A stretch of DNA of 64,000 nt. Source: Octopus sinensis. Lineage: Eukaryota. Position numbers and translations under genes: made by a program. The stretch is taken from positions 55,490,001 to 55,554,000 of the forward strand of contig NC_043006.1 in NCBI RefSeq assembly GCF_006345805.1, given 5' to 3'. The notes below the pieces were generated by a model. That model saw only the letters and a list, made by a program, of their open reading frames with translations. It made no database searches and was not told the origin of the DNA. Below, piece after piece: positions 56,411-64,000 of the stretch (within the stretch, counting starts at the first letter, position 1; each line of letters starts with the position of its first letter).

Positions 56411-56790
56411 CTTTTATTCGTTTTATCGTTTACTTGTTTCAGTCATTGCATTGCGGCCATGCTGAAGCACTGCATTGAAAGGTTTAGACGAACAAATCGA
56501 TGCCAGTACTTCTTTTTAAGTTTGTTACTTATTCTATCGACGACTTTTGTTGAGCTGCTAAGTTACGGAGACGTAAACAAAGCAACTTCAGTTATTAAGC
56601 GATAACGATTGATTAACACAACACAAATACAAAGACAGATAGATATATATACATACAAACATACGCACGTTCGTATACACACATACACACACACACACAC
56701 AAACACACGCACACACATATACATATAATCAATATAATTGTTGGTTATAGGTATGAAACCAGTGGTAACTCCTTGGTCGGTAATAACTAA

Positions 56791-57130
56791 CAACTATATT
56801 AATTATTACTCTTTATTACATGCCACACCAAACTACACCACATCATACCATATCACACAACCCCGCACACACTAGCACATACCACTTCCCAGCATTCACA
56901 CCATCATTCACACACCCACACATTACAGATGTAGCACATACCACTTCCCAGCATTCACACCATCATTCACACACCCACACATTACAGATGCATCTGTAAT
57001 GTGTGGGTGTGTGAATGATGGTGTGAATGCTGGGAAGTGGTGTGTGCTAGTGTGTGCGGGGTGGTGTGATATGGTATGATGTGGTGTGGTTTGGTGTGGC
57101 ATGTAATAAACAGTAATAATTAATATAGCT
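56791..57130. repeat. Spacerless palindrome with a 59-bp tandem duplication in the left arm
   Basis: Centre ACAGATG|CATCTGT at 56990/56991; about 140-bp arms; 56873-56931 repeated at 56932-56990. Confidence 0.95.
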
Positions 57131-57399
57131 GTGAGTGGCAGATCTGTCACGATGCCTTTCCTAATTAATTCATCTGACTTACTAATTCTTCATCTAATCT
57201 ATTTATCTCTAACGCCTTTTCGTTTTACTAAGACCCATCGATTCACCTCAAATCATTTTCTTCAGAGTACCCCATCACTAGTTGTTGTCAACTGTCCCTG
57301 TTAACTGTCGTGTAATTCAATTGTTAATCTAGACTAAATTTTCTGCTTTGGAAAATAATCGCTTATTTCCAGTAGCCATATCTCTGTCTACGAGTTTTA

Positions 57400-57900
57400 T
57401 TTAAGTCGACCGTACAGAGCTCGAATTTGGTGTCTGTGTAGATGACTTGTTGAAACTTTGGACATATTTCTTACACTATAACTGTTGGTAATGATGCTCT
57501 CCTGTGCTACGACGGTGGTGTCTGCTTCGGTTATTACTGTTGCTGTAATATTTGTGGTTATGTTGCTTGTGTTAATGCTGTTATTGCTGCCGCTTTTGGT
57601 GCTACTGTTGTTGATAACGCAGCTTTTGTTGTTTATGTTGTCGCTGTTGAAGCTATGGTGTCGGTAGCAGTATTGTAGATTGAAATTGTTTGTGTCACCG
57701 CATAAGTGACATCTTGGCTTTTTGACTTCAAACGCCACCAATAGTTGCAAGCCATCTTATAGCCGTCCAAGAATTTGGACCTGGAGATCTCCATTTCCAG
57801 CGACTTCGAGGGCCACCTCCCAGTGGTGTCGGGCGTCAATGAAGAGCCCTTGACTACAACAAGACGACCAAAGTTTTTTTTTTCAAGGTCTGGGTTTTCC
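57400..57900 (-). pseudogene. Possible LINE ORF1/gag remnant with a degenerate zinc knuckle
   Basis: VKKPRCHLCGDTNNFNLQYC (Cx2C; the His position is Asn), followed by an N/S/T-rich linker; one in-frame stop upstream. Confidence 0.35.
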
Positions 57901-58429
57901 CGCCCCTAAGCCCTACACCATCACCTAATCACCCTTACCCGTCTTGTTGCTTAACAAAAACAACAACAACAGCCACAGTGTTGTAGATAGAAAATGGTTT
58001 GTGCCATCTGATAGGCTGATCAGTTCAGGGGTGGCTTCCACACTTCATCTGTTTTGATTAATAGCTCCGTTCTGTATCCGAAAAACTTTTCTTTTGTTGC
58101 CTGTGAATTTGCAGTATGTTTTGTTTTTATTTATATCTAGCAAAACAGCAGCACTAGCAAACAGGTTGTAAAATAATAAAGACGACTCTTTGACCCCCCC
58201 CCCACCTTTATAGCTGAAATTTTGAGGTAGAGGGCTAGTCGATTACTTAGACCCTAGTTCTTGACTGGTACTTATTTTATCGACACTAAGAAGATGAAAG
58301 AAAATGTCGACCTCCACTGAATTTGAATTCAAAATGCAAAGGCAAACGAAATGCCGCTAAGCATTTTATCTGACGTTTTAACGACTCAAACAGCTCGACG
58401 ACTTAATAATAATGATGATGATGATGATG

Positions 58430-58508
<79 letters not shown>

Positions 58509-58521
58509 CAACAACAACAAC

Positions 58522-58554
<33 letters not shown>

Positions 58555-58716
58555 TGGTACGTGGGTGTTTAGTGTCTTCCACGATAAGTTAACTTCCAAG
58601 CACCAAATCTTAATAATTTGCCGAAAGAGACACTGTGAGATCGCTGACAACAGGTTGCTGTCTGCTCTCATATAACCAAACAGAGCAATAAGACCAAGAA
58701 CTTTGAGAAGTAACAT

Positions 58717-58780
<64 letters not shown>

Positions 58781-58879
58781 GTCATAATAATAATAATAAT
58801 GATGACGACGATGACGACGATGAAGATGATGATGATGATAATGATGATGATGATGATAATGATGATGATGATGATGATG

Positions 58880-59460
58880 ATCTTTGCTACCCAAGAACAC
58901 GCTTTACGAACCAACTCAATCAAATGTAGCACTGACAAGACAGCAGTATCGCCTATGTGTCTATTATGTAAAAAATAATTTAAGACAGACATAACTAGTG
59001 CATGATAAGACCTGGCTCAAGTAGAGCACAAAACGCTATGACAAAGTGGAATTGCGAATACACTGGGAATGTGCAGAAAGTATGGGCTATAATGTTCCAG
59101 CAAGTGGTATGAGTCCTAGCCTTTGCCAGTAGGAGTGAATGATGATGTGAAACTCAAATGGGCTATGCCAACCTATACAGATAAGAAGCCACAACTTAAC
59201 TCGTCAGATATCACTATCCTGCAGACGGAGTCTAAAGAATGGACCTTCATCAACGTAGCAAAGTGAGAAGTACCAAGACGTAGTATTGGAAAATAAATGC
59301 ATCCATAGAGCCTCAAAAAGTTAGTGTGACACCTGTGAATGGTGCACATGGGGCCATCTCAAAGGAAGCAATATTCTGGCATTAAAAGCTACTTTATAGG
59401 AAGTACACAACTGGCAACGATACTTGGAACCGCACAATGTGTTGAGTAAGTTCGCGGAAG
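58880..59460 (+). mobile_element. R4/Dong-like RLE LINE 3' fragment after (AAT/GAT)n
   Basis: FATQEHALRTNSIK..DKT..SPMCLLCKK (pre-knuckle motif), then an RLE-like remnant. Confidence 0.6.
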
Positions 59461-61609
59461 GAATTCTTGGAGGTTTGGATAATTCACCTTTGGAAACATG
59501 GGTGGTTCGTTCAACATCCTTAAATAATCCTTATTCAGGGACCTTTTGAGCGGGATGGGCTACTCCACCAGAAGAAAATTCTAACTGGGCCCCACCTTCA
59601 AGGTCATGCACTGTTTATCGTGATATAAGATCAACATATCACGCACATATGGTTGTGATGCATGTACCTGGTGTACCCTTATTAGACGGGTAGTCATGAT
59701 GAGTCACGAATATTGGTATGTAGTTTAAGTCAAATAAGTGTGTAGTTTTGTTTATGAAGCGAAGCTGAATGATTGAATATGATGACATAGAATTACCAGA
59801 AGATGCGAGTGAGATGTAATAATGGATACAAAGACCTGAGGAATCTGCACGATGATAATTCAATGGAAAGAGAAAGAAGATAAAAAGTTTTAAAAGTGTA
59901 CAAAAGAAAGAACTGAAAGTTGATTGAAACTAAATAAAAAGGATGGGTGATAGCAGTATTAAGACATACAACTCTTAAAAACAGATCTGCAGGAATAAGG
60001 CGGAAAAACTATAAAGCTTGTCACAATGCACAGCACCCACCATCCTAAATGTAATTACGACAGGCTCTACTAAGTAAGGAGTTAAAAGTTTGTTGCAATA
60101 TTAGGTTTGGTAAACTCTGTGTTACATTGCAAAGAAACGATACTGTCTGCGGTTATTACAAAAATCCCCCAAATACCTGAAATAGTAGGAGAATTAAACA
60201 ATAGAAGACCGAATGACAGGACAAATAGATGGAAACAAACCGAGCATATTTAAGGGAAATGACGCTAGTTGTGACTGACAGATGGAAACCTGAAACGTGA
60301 GATGAAATAGCTAATTAAAACCTCTTAGTAAAAGGCTAGTAGAACGAGTTTGATAAAGACGAAGATTGATAAAACTCAGTCAAAGGGCAAACACATAATC
60401 TCTGGAAAAGCGGACAAAAATATTGGTTTCAAATTTTGGTTCAAGGCCAGCAATTTCGAGGGAGGGGTAATTCGACTACATAAACCCTAGCACTCAACTG
60501 GTTCTTATTTTATCAACTTCGATAGTATGAAAGACAAAGTCGACCTCGGCAGAATTTGAACTCAGAACGTAAAGGCGGGCGAAAGGACTTTGCCAGGTGT
60601 GCTTACGATTCAGCTAGTGGGGGAGTGGAAGTAGACAAAAATATTAAACATGTCTTAAATAAATGCTAAACTTTGAAGTAACGCTTTCTTACATTACTTT
60701 AAGGTCATATTTATTTTGTGTATGAACAGTTGATTTAAATGATCCAAGTATCTGATCGATTACTTCTCGAATACGATAAAATGAAAACTAGTCTTTCGGG
60801 CGAATTTAAGTTAAGAAACTAAACACCTCAGTGCTTGTGGGCCGCTGCTTTACCATTTCCATTATCCGATAATACCCATAAAGAAAAATACAAACTTTAA
60901 TGTCATCTCCGATTTTGATGGAAGAAAGAGGGATCATAAGGTGAAGGAAGAGAACAAGGAAAATAATAATAGCAAACAGAAGCAAATTCACACTCATACA
61001 AGTACTCACAAACACCCACCGACGCATACACATACATGAAATGGTTAATATAATGATATACCTGCACACAAGCACTCAAAAACACATATCTACAAATATA
61101 TACATAGACCTAAACTTCTAACAGGCAGCAATCATACGAACACGCACCCACGCGCGCATAATCGGATGGTTAAAACAATCTAAAGATAACAAAGGGTGGA
61201 GTGTACAAAATGAATATATGTACAGGCATGTCATATCGGTAAAAATGTGCACAGGGATGTGTGTGGAGTCAAAGTGAGAGAAAAGCCACTTTGAACTGTC
61301 CTGCGGCCAGTAGAGTTAACATGTAAGCTGGTGGTGATAGCGACCTTGCTTGCCGCCGTGCTAGTGGCCGTGCTCGTAGCAGTGGTGACGGGGCCGCGCT
61401 CAAGCTTCTTTTCCTGTTTGTTCTCGTTCCTATCACCGCCCATGTGGATGTGCTCGTGTTTTCTGCTTCCACTCTGCTGGCGCTGCCGCAAGCACCTCGT
61501 ACTCATGGTCGATATAGACAGAAAAAATGTCACTTTGAACCAAAGGCAGTGACTGTGAATGATTTTGAGGATTTTATGGGATTTCTCTATAAAACCTAGC
61601 CATGCTATT

Positions 61610-61995
61610 AAAGCAAGGAGACTAGTTACGCTTGTAGAAGGCAAAAAAAACCAAACAATGTAAGATCATTGATCTTGCAATATCGTATGTTGATAGAGCA
61701 GGTATCAAAGAAATTGAGAAACTTGAAAAATCTCAGAACGTAACCTGTGAGATGAAGAGATTGAGGAACACAAAGGCGACAATCGTTTCAATGATAATTA
61801 GTACACTTGGCACAACAACCAAATTATTACATAAAAGATTGAAGAATATTGGGATTGAGACAAGATTTCTCGATCTACAGAAAAGTACCATCCTCTATTT
61901 TGCAAGAATCCGAAGAAAGATTCTGAAGATTTGGGCCACCTCTTGTTACCAAACCACAAGATAACAACCTTAACTAATATAGCATGCAATAGATT
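61610..61995 (+). mobile_element. R4/Dong-like RLE 3' fragment
   Basis: CKIIDLAI, TIVSMIISTLGT, LQKSTILYFARI.RKIL; ends in (GAT)n(AAT)n. Confidence 0.65.
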
Positions 61996-62014
61996 GATGA
62001 TGATGATGATGATG

Positions 62015-62071
<57 letters not shown>

Positions 62072-62099
62072 GTAATAATAATAGTAATAATAATAATAA

Positions 62100-63134
62100 T
62101 AATGTATGGACGGGATAGCGATACCGTCAGGGGAGGTTATGAAGCAGATAGAAGAGACGGGCTATAAGATATGGATAAATTGATGGAGAAAGAAATGGCA
62201 GAAAAAAAATTTAAGGTGGAGTGATTGTGCAGACTGAGACTGATCCTTAAGTCGAAATTAAGCGGACGGAATAAGATTGAAGCTATCACACCTGGGCGGT
62301 TTCACTCCTTAGATATGGAGCAGGAATAATCGCATGGACAGTAGGCGAACTAAACAGCTTAAACAGAAAGACAAGGAAGTTGCTGACGAGATATGGGATA
62401 CTCTACCCAGAGAGTTACACAGACAGACTTGTATGTACTAAGAAAAAGGGGGAGGGGAAGCGGACTGATTGGATGTGAACACAGCATTAGAGCAGAAGAA
62501 AACAATATGGTGGACAAAATGGTGAAACTGTATGGCATATTACCAGTCAATGTACGTTACTAGTCCAGAAATAATATAAGAGACGTCATGACATAGAAAA
62601 GATTGTCCATTGGACACTTTGAAATAAGTATGGACTTGACAGAGTAAAAATGTAGTACGAATATAAACCTGAAGGCATCATCGAAAATGATAATGCAAAG
62701 ATCCTATGGTATTTTATGATTCAGCGTGACCATGAAATAGAGAATAGGAAACCAGACATAGAGTTAATTCAGAAAGAAAGCAAACGATTTCTGGATCATA
62801 GATATAGCATACCCTGCTGACAACAAGGTATGCGATAAGGAAGAAAGAAAAGTCGATAGATATAACAGGTTAGCTTGGGAGGTTCAGCAGTTGTGGTCAC
62901 AGAAAAGGTGGTAGTAGTACCGATAATTGCTGGAGCCCTGAGAACAGTGAGTAAAAATCTTGAGAACAAATAGGGGCTGCAATAACGGTGGAGCACTTGC
63001 AGAAGACAACACTGCTAGGATTCACTCTTATACTCCAGATGGTGCTCGAAAAATAAGGGGTGTTACCTTAGTTCACTGGTAGTGAACTGCTGACATGGTA
63101 TTACATCTCCAGCGTTAGAAGCTGTGCAAAGACA

Positions 63135-63140
<6 letters not shown>
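62100..63140 (+). mobile_element. R4/Dong-like RLE LINE fragment (RT C-terminus to RLE)
   Basis: RLILKSKLSGRNKIEAI; SLLRYGAGII.W; ILWYFMIQRDHEIENRKPDI; IIDIAYPAD; ends in (AAT)n. Confidence 0.8.
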
Positions 63141-63232
<92 letters not shown>

Positions 63233-63249
63233 GTGATAATAATAATAAT

Positions 63250-63685
63250 AAAAGGCTATATATAGTTGTCAGGGATCACCAAGGAAAAAGCCTTTTAATC
63301 GATGTATCAATACCAAGAGATGACAATATATCTCTAAAAGAATTGGAGAAACTCTCAAAATACAAAGATCTGGAATGTGGAGCCTAAAATCAGAAACAAT
63401 CTCTATAATAATAGGTGCATTAGGCATGATTCAAATCATTCAGACAAATACATAACCAAGACATCAGGACTTACGAATGTATATGACATACAGAAAATAG
63501 CACTACTAGGCACCGTACATATCCTACGTAAATCACTTTCAATACAGTGAAAATAAAGGCACCGCAGCAAACCACAGCACGTTACACAGCACAGTTACAA
63601 AAAGATACTAAGAGCTGCGCTCGGTTGTGTAGTGAAATCATGTGATAAAAATAAGACTACTGAATAATAATAATTATAATCAAAT
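63250..63685 (+). mobile_element. R4/Dong-like RLE 3' end
   Basis: LLIDVSIPRDDNISLKELEKLSKYKDLE; IQKIALLGTVHILRKSLS; same 3' UTR as the 41100-41285 copy; ends AAGACTACTGAATAATAAT. Confidence 0.85.
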
Positions 63686-64000
63686 AAATTTATTAACCAT
63701 AAGGGTTGAAAGACATTGGGCACATTACAGAGAAGAGAACGAGATAAAACATACTGGAGCTTTAGATACACTAAAAATAAAAGTTAAATAGTCATAACAA
63801 ATTACAATTGATGTTTGACCTCCTAGCTACGATAAAAGAAAGCCATAGACCCCAAATTATCCTGACCACTTCAATTACTCCTTCACCAGCCGTTCTAGAG
63901 CAATAGACGCCTCACTCGAGACTTCTTCGTTACTCTCACCAAATTTTCAACAAATTTATAGTCGGTGTGTGGAAAGCACATTCATTTTTATTCACATCTA

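Noticed and set aside
61331-61552. Signal-peptide-like plus-strand ORF (VIATLLAAVLVAVLV)
   Set aside because: No ATG; it is the antisense image of the Thr/Ser/Ala-rich minus-strand frame.

Overview
AT-rich eukaryotic genomic DNA made almost entirely of repeats. The SINE families, the dense (AT)n/(ATAC)n/(ATCT)n/(AAT)n microsatellites and the mix of transposons suggest a coleoid cephalopod such as Octopus; this is inference, not verified. No host protein-coding gene can be called with confidence, and nearly all ORF-track entries are microsatellite, satellite or decayed-transposon artefacts. Layout: a 141-bp satellite array (1-9.6 kb, open at the window start) with 17-, 14-, 4- and 2-monomer higher-order structure; decayed Tc1/mariner elements (mariner, maT/DD37D-like, rosa-like, pogo-like); hAT and Chapaev-like remnants; R4/Dong-like RLE LINE pieces against (AAT)n/(GAA)n arrays; Tx1, RTE and L2/CR1 fragments; many tRNA-derived SINEs; a 1473-bp tandem duplication; several fold-back structures. 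The most striking signal is a set of Penelope-type minimal hammerhead ribozyme motifs (CUGANGA-helix II-GAAA-palindromic helix III-NUH) on unrelated short elements. One has an intact core and sits in the tail of a tRNA-headed SINE, which here forms a head-to-head inverted pair. Another terminates a Penelope GIY-YIG remnant. All structures were folded by eye and none was tested.
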